A DNA stretch of 64,000 nt from Octopus vulgaris (lineage: Eukaryota): assembly GCA_951406725.2 (NCBI GenBank), contig OX597820.1, positions 11,408,001 to 11,472,000 of the forward strand, given 5' to 3'. Below are positions 29,300-42,704 of this stretch, piece by piece. Position numbers and translations under genes: made by a program. The notes below the pieces were generated by a model. The model saw only the letters and a program-made list of their open reading frames with translations. It did not search any database and was not told the origin of the DNA. How positions within the stretch are numbered: position 1 is the stretch's first letter; each line of letters opens with the position of its first letter.

Positions 29300-30643
29300 A
29301 ATAATCTGTATTTTTGTTATTTTTTATTTGCCCTGTCCGTGTGAGCTAACAGTCGTATTGGCTTTCATGGGAAACATGTATTTTCGTGGTTGAAACCTTT
29401 TGGATTAACTGGTGCTAGAGTGATCAATATAGTGACCACTCTCTTATATTTATTTTGTGAAAATATTATAATATGTTATAAAATATTATAATAATCCAGG
29501 TTTCTCGTAGCACTAGGCCACTTGGTGTGGAATAAATATACTATTAAATTAGTATCTAATTCTCTCACCCTTATTAATTAATTATAATTATGCTGCATTT
29601 ATTTCTAAATGCTGTATTTGTTTTCCGTGAGAGTTTGGCGCGCTGTTGGTTGGGGCATTTGAATTATAACGTCGGATGTAATCAATTGAACCACACGCGT
29701 ATTTATCGTTATGGTAAAATCTGGCGTGTGATTGAGTGGATTTCATCCAGATAGTCTTGGCTGACGAGCTACAAATGGATTATTGTAAGTAATATTACAT
29801 TTAATTCATTAATAGCGAAACAATTGTCCCAAAATAATCTGTATTTTTGTTATTTTTTATTTGCCCTGTCCGTGTGAGCTAACAGTCGTATTGGCTTTCA
29901 TGGGAAACATGTATTTTCGTGGTTGAAACCTTTTGGATTAACTGGTGCTAGAGTGATCAATATAGTGACCACTCTCTTATATTTATTTTGTGAAAATATT
30001 ATAATATGTTATAAAATATTATAATAATCCAGGTTTCTCGTAGCACTAGGCCACTTGGTGTGGAATAAATATACTATTAAATTAGTATCTAATTCTCTCA
30101 CCCTTATTAATTAATTATAATTATGCTGCATTTATTTCTAAATGCTGTATTTGTTTTCCGTGAGAGTTTGGCGCGCTGTTGGTTGGGGCATTTGAATTAT
30201 AACGTCGGATGTAATCAATTGAACCACACGCGTATTTATCGTTATGGTAAAATCTGGCGTGTGATTGAGTGGATTTCATCCAGATAGTCTTGGCTGACGA
30301 GCTACAAATGGATTATTGTAAGTAATATTACATTTAATTCATTAATAGCGAAACAATTGTCCCAAAATAATCTGTATTTTTGTTATTTTTTATTTGCCCT
30401 GTCCGTGTGAGCTAACAGTCGTATTGGCTTTCATGGGAAACATGTATTTTCGTGGTTGAAACCTTTTGGATTAACTGGTGCTAGAGTGATCAATATAGTG
30501 ACCACTCTCTTATATTTATTTTGTGAAAATATTATAATATGTTATAAAATATTATAATAATCCAGGTTTCTCGTAGCACTAGGCCACTTGGTGTGGAATA
30601 AATATACTATTAAATTAGTATCTAATTCTCTCACCCTTATTAA

Positions 30644-30674
<31 letters not shown>

Positions 30675-30870
30675 CATACATACATATATACACACATAAA
30701 TACATGCACACATACATGCATACGCGCACACACGCATACAGACATACATGTATATATATATTTATATATACACATACATACATATATATATATACATACG
30801 TATAGACATACATATATGTATATATATATATATACATATAAATACATATATATATATATATATATATACG

Positions 30871-30946
<76 letters not shown>

Positions 30947-30952
<6 letters not shown>

Positions 30953-31092
30953 TCAATTCGACCGAGCAGTGTTCGGTATGTAAAAAGACCATTTACGGTA
31001 TATTTGAAGTATTAATTTATAAATTAATATTTCAAATATACCGTAAATGGTCTTTTTACATACCGAACACTGCTCGGTCGAATTGATTAATA
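30947..31092. repeat. 146-bp spacerless palindrome (one mismatch) at the 5' end of an HHR element extending to about 31580
   Basis: Centre TTTA|TAAA at 31019/31020. Confidence 0.92.
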
Positions 31093-31339
31093 GTTAATTA
31101 ATTCTACCCTTTCTTATTGACAATATAATGCTTTCTCCCCAAGAATTTGAACTACAGTTTTGCCTCTGTAGGAATGCACTACTCTGTGACTCACGTGGGT
31201 GGACAGGGAGAATAAAAGATCTCATTTGTATTTTTGGATTCGCTAGTACTGGTGGTCTGACATGGTTTGTCCGGTGTTACATATATCTGACGGGTATGTT
31301 TGATTCTTAGTACTTTCAAATCTAAATCAGAAGAAATCT

Positions 31340-31400
31340 CTGAGCTGATGAAGGAAATGTTGGCGTTTAATCCACTAATCCAGAAACAGGCTGTCCTCGG
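31340..31400 (+). ncRNA. Type I hammerhead ribozyme
   Basis: CUGAG-CUGAUGA-A-GGA...UCC-A-GAAAC-AGGCU-GUC|CUCGG. Confidence 0.72.
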
Positions 31401-31579
31401 GTGATCTCATATGGATGTGATCTTTCGTTGTTTTTCCCTTATACCTATGTGAGTTATTTCTGAGTATGCATTGTCTGGGAGACTTTTTCTTACAGTTGAA
31501 GAAATAGCCAAGTTTTTGGCTGCTATTTCTAAAAGCTCGGTGCGTGGTAAAGTAAATTACTTTACTTTACCCTATTTTT

Positions 31580-31659
<80 letters not shown>

Positions 31660-31895
31660 CATGTATGTATATATGTATTAGCAGCCGTTGTAACGAATAT
31701 TTAATTCACATCCAACTTAACTTGGGTGATTTGTTTTGAATGCCGTAGGTTGCGCTAATCGCCCAAGAGAAATTATCTCCTATATGCCTTGTGCTAAAGA
31801 GCACAGATTATATTGGTATCGGTATATACGTGTATGTATGTATGTATGTATGTATGTATGTATGTATGTATGTATGTATGTATGTATGTATAGTG

Positions 31896-31982
<87 letters not shown>

Positions 31983-32248
31983 CAGACAGATAGACAGAGA
32001 GAAAGGCAGGCAGACGTAGTAGGATACTGGTATGACATTTTACAGGAAATCATTAATGATTATATTCAAAAATACTATGGAAGGTCAGACTGACATACCG
32101 AATTGGTTTGCTATAGCACGGACGAATTTTGTGGCCAAGAATGAAACCACAGAGTTGTTTGAAAACAATTGCTTGCCTGAATATTATGTAGAAACTGTAC
32201 ACAAGCTGCCTCAACCAATTCCTCCAGGATCATTATGAGTCAACGATA

Positions 32249-32778
32249 TCTGTATCTATAAAAGGCAGGATGTGTGTGTGTGTGTACCTGAATGTACTTT
32301 ATGCACATCCACAAATTAGCACGCATGTCGCTCCAATTTTAGGAGAACGTTGGTCACGACCATGGATGTGCTTTTGTCAACTTATTTTTCCCGAGGCAAT
32401 TCCAGATAGCTGTAAAAATAGCTTTTCAACCATAACTTTTACCAATATTCACATCGGTGGCTTCCGTAAGTTTGCTAACATGGGTTAAGTCCCCTGTCTT
32501 ATAGATTAATTCACCCTACTACAATGCCTCCGAAAAAAATTAGATTTCGACTACCTAAGCAATCTCAGCGTAGGAAAAGAGAAAGAGCTGATGAGACTGA
32601 CCAGAGACAGACCCATTAGTAAAATATTATAACTTTTGGGGCCGAAACTCGGCAGTAAGAACTTGCAAATATTCCGCTATGAAACATTTAATAATATCGA
32701 AGCAGTAACTTTCATAAATCAGGGTGGAATTTTTGAAGACACTTTCTTAACCCAGTCAACGACGGGTATTTCTGCTAG
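32249..32778 (+). mobile_element. Non-autonomous Helitron nested in the R4/Dong RT
   Basis: A|TC start; ACCCAGTCAACGACGGGT hairpin; CTAG|T end; removing it restores RT coding continuity. Confidence 0.87.
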
Positions 32779-33234
32779 TAGTAACTAAGGAGCAGCCCTG
32801 TGGAAAGAAGGGGGTGTGGGCATGTGCCGAACAACTTCTGATAAATAACACTGTTCCTTCTGACATCCAAAACAAAAAAAATTGTAGGAGCCCTAGAACA
32901 GTTATGGCTTGAGATTATACGAAGGCATTTGACTCTATTCCCCACTCATGGCTGTTGAAGTGTCTCCATTTGGTAAAATGGAACTACCTTAATTGCTGGC
33001 ATTGAGAGGCTCACAAAGACCTGAGCCACAATCCTCACTCTTAGAGCAGAGAATGGAACGATCGTCTCCAATGCCATAAATATTCGAAAGGGAATATTTC
33101 AGGGAGACAGCCTCGCTGTCCTTCTGTTCATTTTGGCGTTAAACCCATTATCATTCCTGCTACAAAAAAACCAAATTGATACAAGCTAGAGTCTGCAACA
33201 GCAAGACATATTAATATAACCATAATTTCTTTGT

Positions 33235-33544
33235 GTGGAGGTGCAATGGCCCAGTGGTTAGGGCAGCGGACTCGCGGTCGGAGGGTCGCGGTTTCAATTC
33301 CCAGACCAGCCGTTGTATGTGTTTATTGTGCGAGAACGCCTAAAGCTCCACGAGGCTCCGGCAGGGGGTGGTGGCGACCCCTGTTGTACTCTTTCGCCCC
33401 AACTTTCTCTTCCTGTTTTTTGAATAACGCTGCTATGGACTTGCGTCCCGTCCAGCTGGGGGGAAACACATACGCCACAGAAACCGGGATACCGGGCCCA
33501 TGAGCCTGGCTAGGCTTGAAAAGGGCGCATAAATAAATAAATAA
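33235..33544 (+). mobile_element. SINE family C with TSD
   Basis: TSD ATAATTTCTTTGT at 33222-33234 and 33545-33557; (TAAA)n tail. Confidence 0.9.
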
Positions 33545-33654
33545 ATAATTTCTTTGTAGATGGCCTTAAGATTTGTGCTAAACATGTTAACTATGCCAAA
33601 AAAAACAACTGGAGTTAATAACATTTTCAGTTAACATAGAAATGGAAATTGGCC

Positions 33655-34225
33655 ATCTATTTGCACTTTAGCTCTGTAAATATATTCCTTTTTCAAAACA
33701 TTTACCTTCTAACGGACAGCAAGTCTTATCTTTGAAATTAAAGTTCCTCTTATTAGATTCAGCACTGATTGTTTGTAATAATTTTTGCGTTATGTTGATT
33801 AATAAAAGAGGCGAAGCTTTTGCAACAAGAATAGCTAATCTTCAGTGTTCTCTTATTAAAAATTCTATAGAACTTTTGGCCAGATTGAAAATGTTTAGAA
33901 ACAAATTTTAAGAATTCCATACCTATATTAGTTTTTACGACAATATTAAATGCCAGATTAAACCACGAGACTTTCCTAGTTCTAGTTCGACGTTGTCTAT
34001 TATTGTTGAATTAGTTTGACTTTACTGGATTTTCTCCAAGAATCCGCTTTTACTTAATTCATTATTATGGTACGGTGCGGCATTTTGAAATTCTGTCTCA
34101 TATGAAGATATTGATGATATGCGCCTTCCTATGTTACTACCTACGTTCTTAAGAATTACGGGTGGATGATTTGATTCTTTGCTAATATTATATAGTTTTT
34201 CATTAGGCTTGCGATAGGGTCTAAA
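33655..34225 (-). mobile_element. Penelope-like element fragment (RT thumb, linker, start of GIY-YIG), Naiad/Neptune-like
   Basis: [25 protein letters not shown]; RKVSWFN..KTNIG.EFLK.V.KHF..IFNKRTLKISYSC; CPLEGKC..GI..YRAKV. Confidence 0.85.
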
Positions 34226-34238
34226 TGTATATACATAC

Positions 34239-34286
<48 letters not shown>

Positions 34287-34390
34287 CTCTACATACAAAC
34301 ATATATACATATATATATATACATACATACATATTTGCATATATATATATATATACATACATATATGTATATATATATACATATACATGC

Positions 34391-34421
<31 letters not shown>

Positions 34422-34462
34422 CATGCATACATATATATATATATATGTGTGTGTGTATACAT

Positions 34463-34529
<67 letters not shown>

Positions 34530-34772
34530 CATATATGGGTACAGGACGTCACAAAATGTAAACAACATGAAATATGAATACAAACTTGGGTATGCGAACA
34601 ACGAGAGAAACAAATGGAAAACAAGACAAGTAACATAAAGAACGACCCTTCATCAGCTGTCGACTGTCCATCTACTCCACATTTCGAGCAATTAACGACA
34701 ATATGAGGTTTCGAAAAACAGTTTCTCCCGCGAACCAAAATAAAATTTTGAATATTTCGGAGGGCCAAATAA

Positions 34773-34812
<40 letters not shown>

Positions 34813-36736
34813 GCATGAGTTTATCAATTTGCGTTGCTAGATTCCTGATCTGAAATTGTGTGTTGAAACAGATATTGTTGTATTTCGTGATGGTCACCTC
34901 TTTTTTGCCATATAAACACACGCATTACATATTTTTCTTCATTCGTTTATTACTGTCCTCATTTTATTATTTTAACTCATGTCTATTGTCCGTACTTGTG
35001 TCTTTTGTCACACATCTGTGACCTCTTCAGCGACAGTTTTCGTCTTCGTGCGTGTTCTTGCTCCACTTACTCCATCCTGTTCTTCTAAGAGGTGTATCCT
35101 TTTGTGCGCCCACGTTTGCATCCTTGTTTGTGTGTGTGTGTGTGTGTGACACACACAAGCATACACACACGCGCGTAGACCACTTTCTGTAGCAAATCTA
35201 AAACAACTGTACGTCACAAATGAAACCCTAATAAACCAATTTTTTTTGTAGGGGTAGTTATATCCATTGATCCGTTATCACCCTCCAGGATCTTCTCACC
35301 GCACCAAGAGGATAGTAGCACCCACATTGGGAACCATTGCTATAAAGGATGAGAGACAAAGTCGATCTCGACAGAAATTCAACTTAGGACGTCAAAACGA
35401 ACGAAAAAAATGCCGCTAAGCATTTCACCTAGTTCGTCGCCTAATTGTATATAAATATTTATTGAAATTTTATTTCTCTTGATGGTTTTCAATCTTTCAC
35501 TGAACTACATCCATTAGTAATAACACCTGCGTAAAAATATATAATATAATAAACAAAAAGTGGCAGAACAAGTTAAACTTGAAATTATGTCTTCATAACA
35601 AACTCTATTTTACGCCCACTATAAATGTAGGTCACAAACAAATCAAAATTGTTACTTCTGAACTGCGGTGATTTCATTGAGTTTTCTTACCCCATCCACC
35701 CGCCCCACCTTTCTACTACCATTCAGAAATATATGAATGTACCTTCGCTTCCTTCGCTCTAGCGTTTGCTTGCAAGATTCTTGTTGTGAAATCGTGAGTT
35801 AAAACATATTTCGTTGACTCTCGGCAGGGTTCTTATGCCGATAATAAGCATACGTAATGATTCTATTTCACTTCTTATATTATTATTATTAATCAGTTGG
35901 TTACACATTTAACTAATTAGTTAATCGAATGTTTGATTAATGATTAATCGCTCGGTTAAACGATCAATCAGGTTTGTCAAAGTCCTTTCGTCGCCTTTCT
36001 TCACCATTTACGACCTTATCAATGACACGCTCCTGATGAAATAACTTTGACAAATTTAATTCATTGATTGATTGATTGATTGATTGACTGACTGACCGAC
36101 TGACTGATTGATTGATTGACCGAACGATTCATTAAAACAATTGATTAGTCAAATGGCTAAACATTTAACTAACTGACAAATAAATACTGAAGTGCAGCAA
36201 AACCAGTGCATGTGTTTATTATTGGCATAGTGACCCTCTCTAGATACAACAACACACTTCATCTTCGACTCCATATACACACCTCTAGGAGGACACTCAT
36301 CATGTCAGAAATAGTAGTCAAAATACATCCTGTCATTTTTAAAGGAGGTGCTACAGAGCACATTGGATGATTAGATCCTAGATATCTAATGCATGAAAGA
36401 AGGGCAGGAGGGTCATCAACGGAACGTCTTTCAACAACGACAACAAATACTGATCAAATACTCTAACGCTACTTCTTCCTTTAAGTATTTTTTATCTGTT
36501 TCTCGTTTCAGCCATTGGAGGCTATAGTAGAAGACATTTGCCCCAGGTGCCAAGCAGGCGCAGTAGGACTGAACCCGAAACCACGTGGCTGCAGAGCGAG
36601 CTTCTTAACCACAGAGACGTACTAGATGAACATTTCCGGTTACGTAGGCGTATAAAACCTGTTCGATTCACTTTGACTTGAATTACATTTATTTTCCTGA
36701 TGCCGTCTTTTTAGTCTAGACTTTGAGGGCAATCCC

Positions 36737-36823
<87 letters not shown>

Positions 36824-37289
36824 TTTTTATCATTATTATTATTATTAATATTTTTTTTTGTAGATCGCTGCAAATACTTAGCATGTATCGGTACAATGCT
36901 GAAATGCTCGCATAAAACGTCTCCCACACCATGAATTAGACCGTTCCTTGACTCTCACCCGAAAACTATTGTAATTTACTATCCGTTTAAAGATAGCTAA
37001 AGGGCCACTGTTGACAAAAGAAGGCCACTCCAATATATTCTCACAGAGGGTTCCCATTATTTGAAATAGTACAATAAGCCATTCGCCTGATCGGTCTTTA
37101 AATACAGCAATAAAATAAGTACTTAGAGAAGGTTCATATTACGATAAATCCCATGAATAAGACGTACGCCATTGTTGAAATAATGTATGGGTGCATAAAC
37201 AATTATTTGTAAGTGATATAATGTTCTTTATTTTTCCTGTCAGCCTTAGTGTCTCTCAATAACGTGTGAAACTTTTAATAATCTTCTCT

Positions 37290-39483
37290 ACTCTAAAAGC
37301 CCAAGGCCCAAAATTTTGGGAGAGGGGCCAATCGATTAGATCGACACTTGTACGCAACTGGTGCGAAATTTATCGACCCCGAGAGGAAAGGTAAAGTTGA
37401 CCTCGGCGGAATTTGAACTCAGACCATAAAGACAGATAAAATACCTATTTCTTTACTACCCACAAGGGGCTAAGCGCAGAGGGGACAAACAAGGACAGAC
37501 AAAGGGATTAAGTCGATTATATCGACCCCAGTGCGCAACTGGGACTTATTTAATCGACCTCGAAAGGATCTAAGGCAAAGTCGACCTCGGCGGAATTTGA
37601 ACTCAGAACATAAAGACAGACGAAATACCAATTTCTTTACTACCGACAAGGGGCTAAGCACAGAGAGGACAAACAAGGACAGACAAACGGATTACGTCGA
37701 TAATGTCGACCCAGTGCGTAACTGGTACTTATTTAATCGACCCCGAAAGGATGAAAGGTAAAGTCGACCTCGGCGGAATTTGAACTTAAAACGTAGCGGC
37801 AGACGAAATACCTATTTCTTTACTACCCACAAGGGGCTAAACACAGAGAGGACAAACAAGGACAGACAAACGGATTACGTCGATAATGTCGACCTAGTGC
37901 GTAACTGGTACTTATTTAATCGACCCTGAAAGGATGAAAGGCAAAGTCGACATCGGCGGAATTTGAACTCAGAACGTAGCGGCAGACGAAATACGGCTAG
38001 GCATTTCGCCCGGCGTGTTAACGTTTCTGCCAGCTCTCCACCTTGTAAAGTTTCCAATAATACTGGTTTCCAATTTCTGCACAAAGCCAGCAAGTTCTGG
38101 AGGAAGGGGCTAGTCGATGACATCAACTCCAGTCCTCAACTTCTAGTTATTTTATCGATCTCGAAAGGATGAAAGGCAAAGTCAACCCTGGTGGCATTTG
38201 AATTCAGAACGTAAAGACGAACAAAATGCCGCTTTGCATTTTTGTCTGGCAAATATTAACCAGTTAATACTGATTTCAAATTTTGGCAAAATTCTACAAT
38301 TTCAGGTGAAGGGTAAGTCGTTTACATCGAACCCACTGGTCAGCTGGTACTTATTTTATTAACCCAAAAAGGATGAAAGGCAAAACCAACCTCTGTGGAA
38401 TTTGAACTCAGAACATAAAGAGCAGGACGAAATGTTAAACATTTTGCCGGGCGTGCTACGATTCTACCAGCCCACCGCCTTTAGTAACCAATAATATTGC
38501 TTTCCACTATAAGCACAAGGCCTGAAATTTAAAGGAGGGGATTAGTCGATGAGATAGATCCCAGTGTTTCGCTGCTACTTTATTTATCGACCCTGAAAGG
38601 ACCTCGGCGGAATATGAACTCAGAACGTAGCGGCAGACGAAATACCTATTTCTTTACTACCCACAAGGGGCTAAACACAGAGAGGGGACAAACAAGGACA
38701 GACAAACGGATGAAGTCGATTATATCGACCCCAGTGCGTAACTGGTACTTAATTTATCGACCCCGAAAGGATGAAAGGCAAAGTCGACCTCGGCGGAATT
38801 TGAACTCAGAACGTAACGGCAGACGAAATACCTATTTCTTTACTACCCACAAGGGGCTAAACACAGAGAGGGGACAAACAAAGACACACAAAGGGATTAA
38901 GTCGATTACATCGAACCCAGTGCGTAACTGGTACTTAATTTATCGACCCCGAAAGGATGAAAGGCAAAGTCGACCTCGGCGGAATTTGAACTCAGAACGT
39001 AGCGGCAGACGAAATGCCTATTTCTTTACTACCCACAAGGGCTAAACACAGAGAGGGGACAAACAAGGACAGACAAACGGATGAAGTCGATTATATCGAC
39101 CCCAGTGCGTAACTGGTACTTAATTTATCGACCCCGAAAGGATGAAAGGCAAAGTCGACCTCGGCGGAATTTGAACTCAGAACGTAACGGCAGACGAAAT
39201 ACGGCTACGCATTTCGCCCGGCGTGCTAACGTTTCTGCCAGCCCACCGCCTTCATTAACCAATAATATTCCTTTTTACTATAATCATAGGGCCTGAAATT
39301 TAAAGGAGGGGATTAGTCGTTGACATTGACCCCAAGTGTTTCGCTAGTACTTAATTTATCGACCCCGAGAGGATAAAGGACAAAGTAGACCTCGGCGGAA
39401 TTTGAACTCAAAACGTAAAGACAGACGAAATACTGTTAAACTTTTTTAGCCCGGCGTGCTACGACTCTGCCAGCTCACCGCCT
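37290..39483 (-). mobile_element. Cluster of about 5 same-orientation family A SINEs, two of them tetrameric
   Basis: Heads near 38042, 38480, 39250 and 39482; core period 185-186 bp (38601, 38787, 38973, 39158). Confidence 0.9.
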
Positions 39484-39779
39484 TTATTAACCAATGATAT
39501 TGAAATCCTCAATATGCACAACACACCTACAAGCCCAATGCACTCAATGAACTCCTATGGAGGTCATCGTTATACAATGCAGCACACATGCGCACGAGTA
39601 TACGGGTGAGCTCGCGCGTGAGCTTGGCTGTGTGAATTGTTTTTTTGTACTTCTACCGGTCTTTTTCACCGAACCGCAATGTTAGGGGCGCGTAAAACAG
39701 TCCAACACCGCTGATCAAGCGATGAGGGGGACAAACACAAACAGCAACACATACATACATACATACATACATACATACA

Positions 39780-39812
<33 letters not shown>

Positions 39813-39879
39813 TCATACATGCATATATACATACATGCATATATACATACACTCACATACACACACGTAGATATATCTG

Positions 39880-39986
<107 letters not shown>

Positions 39987-40164
39987 CACCGTGATCACCG
40001 TGACCGACCAGGCTGTCAGATGTTGCTACACATCGCTGGTCACAATGCGCTTCGCATTGTTTTAGCCTTCAAATGACGCCACCCCGCTGGCTAAGCGAGC
40101 AGGCCAATATATATATAATACACATATATATTAGCATATACATATACGTATGTATACACATGCA

Positions 40165-40236
<72 letters not shown>

Positions 40237-40296
40237 GTTTTAATATAATCTGGGTAATAACTTGATAGTATGTTTTCCAAACTGTTTTGACTCTGG

Positions 40297-40416
40297 TCAC
40301 CTGAAGATGCGCAAGTATACACCTATGTCGAATAGTATTGATACTATATTGCGTATAACATATGTAACATTCAGCATTTAACACCTGATACTGACGCATT
40401 GAAACAATTGTAGGAT
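40297..40416 (+). ncRNA. Degenerate hammerhead-like motif with long stem II
   Basis: CTGAAGA 40301; TGCG../..CGCA; GAAAC-AATT-GTA 40401-40412; poor stem I. Confidence 0.45.
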
Positions 40417-40963
40417 TATGAAATAAAGCCTGTTCAAGCCATCGTCTAGTATTAATTATGTGTGTGCGTATGTATGCATATATGTATGTATATATGTACG
40501 TACGTATGTATGTATGTACGCATGTATGCATGCATACGTATATATACATGCAAACGAGTAGCATAATATATGGGTTCAGAGAATCATATGGCTATCACAG
40601 TAAGCTCCTCTGATGGACTCGGCTATCAGTCCACTCAGTAATCAATTACAAAGAAGTGTAACGTACTCGTAAAGAATCTATGTAACCGAAAATCCAGAAA
40701 ATGCAATCGATAAAAATATTCTGTGATGAATATATAGAGATATAAAGTCAGGTGACTTAGCAGGTGAAAACCTATTTATTTAACCACGTGACTTTCAGCT
40801 GTCTCACTACCATTTTCGTATAATACCAATTTCGTTGTGCATGTAATTAAGCATACATTTATACATAAATATATTATACATACTCATCATCATCATCATT
40901 GGAAAGTATATTCACAAATTAATGCAAATAATTTGATAGATAGATAGATAGATGGATAGATAG

Positions 40964-41016
<53 letters not shown>

Positions 41017-41017
41017 G

Positions 41018-41117
<100 letters not shown>

Positions 41118-41159
41118 CATAGATAGATAGATAGATAGATAGATGATAGATAGATAGAT

Positions 41160-42622
41160 AAGTTTCTTTATTGGCCACACAGGGCTGCACACAGATGGGA
41201 CAAGTTACAAGGTAGAGCTTTTCTTTTGGGGGATGAAGAAAACAAAAACAAAAAAAAGGGGGGGGGCGTAGGTTTTCGATCAAGAGGGATCGTAAAAGGG
41301 AAGAAAAGAACAAAAAAAGTAAATAAATAAATAAAATAAAAAATAAAAAGAATAAAAGGAAAAAAAAAGGAAAAGGAACAAGAGAAAAGAGAAATGAAAA
41401 AGGAAGAAAAAAGGGGAAAAAAAGGGGAAGAGGAAAAAAAGAACGATCAATAGGAATCGTGTATCACAGTGTTATGATATATGGTGTAAAGGGGAAAGCA
41501 AGTAAGGTTTATCCGTGGGAAGAAAAGCCTACGAAAAAGACCACGGTAACCTTGGTCAATATTGTTATATGTTACCACATTTGTTTGCAAGTGGGTAACC
41601 CTCTGTTTTCAATTTCTGGATTCATAGGATTATGCTCAAGGTGGCTTCGTCATTCATACGTGCCATCATTGCTACATTCACCCATCTTCTCTTAAAACAT
41701 TCGCTAGACAAAACTTGCCTCTCTACTCTCACTTTCCTCTTCAAGTGGTACTTGAAGAAGTTGATGAGAGATTGACCAGAGAGGAAAGTGTTTGTCTCCA
41801 ATCCTTTCAGACGCGTCCACCAGATACATTCTTTCGCCATAGCCACAAGGATGATGAAAATAGCTCTTCCTTCCCGTTTGAAGGAAGGAGGCGTGACAAT
41901 ATTGACGATAGACTCAGCTGATAAACCGACTCGTCCCACACGTGACAGCAGTTGTTCGACATAAGCCGACAGGTCGGAAATTGTTGGACACTGCACGAGT
42001 GCGTGCAGAACGGTTTCGTCGCTCTGACTGCATCTCGGGCAGGTCGGCCCCGTGTTTCTCGAGCCGTGTCTGTAGAGCTTATCCCGAACGGGTAACGCTT
42101 CTCGGTAGCACTGCCAGGCCAGGGATCTCTGGAAGTTGTCCATGGGCCCTGGCCCGAAAGTCGTCCTGAACAGGCGGGTCAGGTATTCCTCGTCGACGTC
42201 CAGGTTCGCCCCGAGCTCATCGTCGTACCTCCCCTCCACTAATCCCCTATAGAATGCTTTGGTTGTGTTGAAGTTACTCAAGGTCGACCCAGGACGGCAG
42301 AGTTGCTTGAGAGCAACGCGACACTCGCGGTGCCATTCGCCCTTCCTCGGCCTCTTTTTGATCCACGACTGCAGTTCGGTCATGGAGACGAGCTACGGGA
42401 AAGCGTGCCTCACAAACGGCGACCACACCTGTTCACCGTCGTCTACATAGAGCCAGAGATGTCGCAGTCTCAGCGCGTGTCTGCGCATCATCAACCACGG
42501 CATGCTCAGCCCTCCTTTTAACGGGTGTTGACAGCAAATGGATCGCCTGACCATCGGGACGCATCCTTTCCACAAGAAGCGAAAGAGGATGCGTTGTAGT
42601 TTGGTGATGGTAGGGTCGGGAC

Positions 42623-42623
<1 letters not shown>
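41160..42623 (-). mobile_element. Tx1/L1-clade LINE, 5'-truncated, inserted in (GATA)n
   Basis: ORF 41622-42383 with zf-RVT-like CPRC..ETVLHALVQCP; T-rich 3' UTR with AATAAA; GATA repeats on both sides. Confidence 0.88.

Positions 42624-42704
<81 letters not shown>

Larger units (their letters stand above)
27233..30652. mobile_element. Retrozyme-like array: 533-bp HHR unit, about 3.45 copies (minus) head-to-head with about 2.96 copies (plus)
   Basis: GTGGTCACTA at 27251, 27784, 28317 and 28850 (period 533); inversion at 29071/29073; (TA)n flanks; one HHR per unit. Confidence 0.92.
32015..33650 (+). mobile_element. Decayed R4/Dong-clade RT, interrupted by a Helitron and a SINE
   Basis: EQPCGKKGVWACAEQLLIN; DYTKAFDSIPHSWL; KGIFQGDSLAVLLFILALNPLS; HNFFVD.LK. 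Confidence 0.85.

Noticed and set aside
27233-30652. CRISPR array or ordinary satellite
   Set aside because: No unique spacers and a eukaryotic context; the ribozyme in each unit and the central inversion point to a retro-origin.
34600-34720. CTGATGA on the minus strand as a hammerhead
   Set aside because: No stem II closed by GAAA downstream; topology could not be built. The same applies to isolated CTGANGA at about 21885, 22060, 36034 and 51721.
38614-39296. Repeated ORFs MNSERSGRRNTYFF...
   Set aside because: Antisense translation of SINE family A tandem units.
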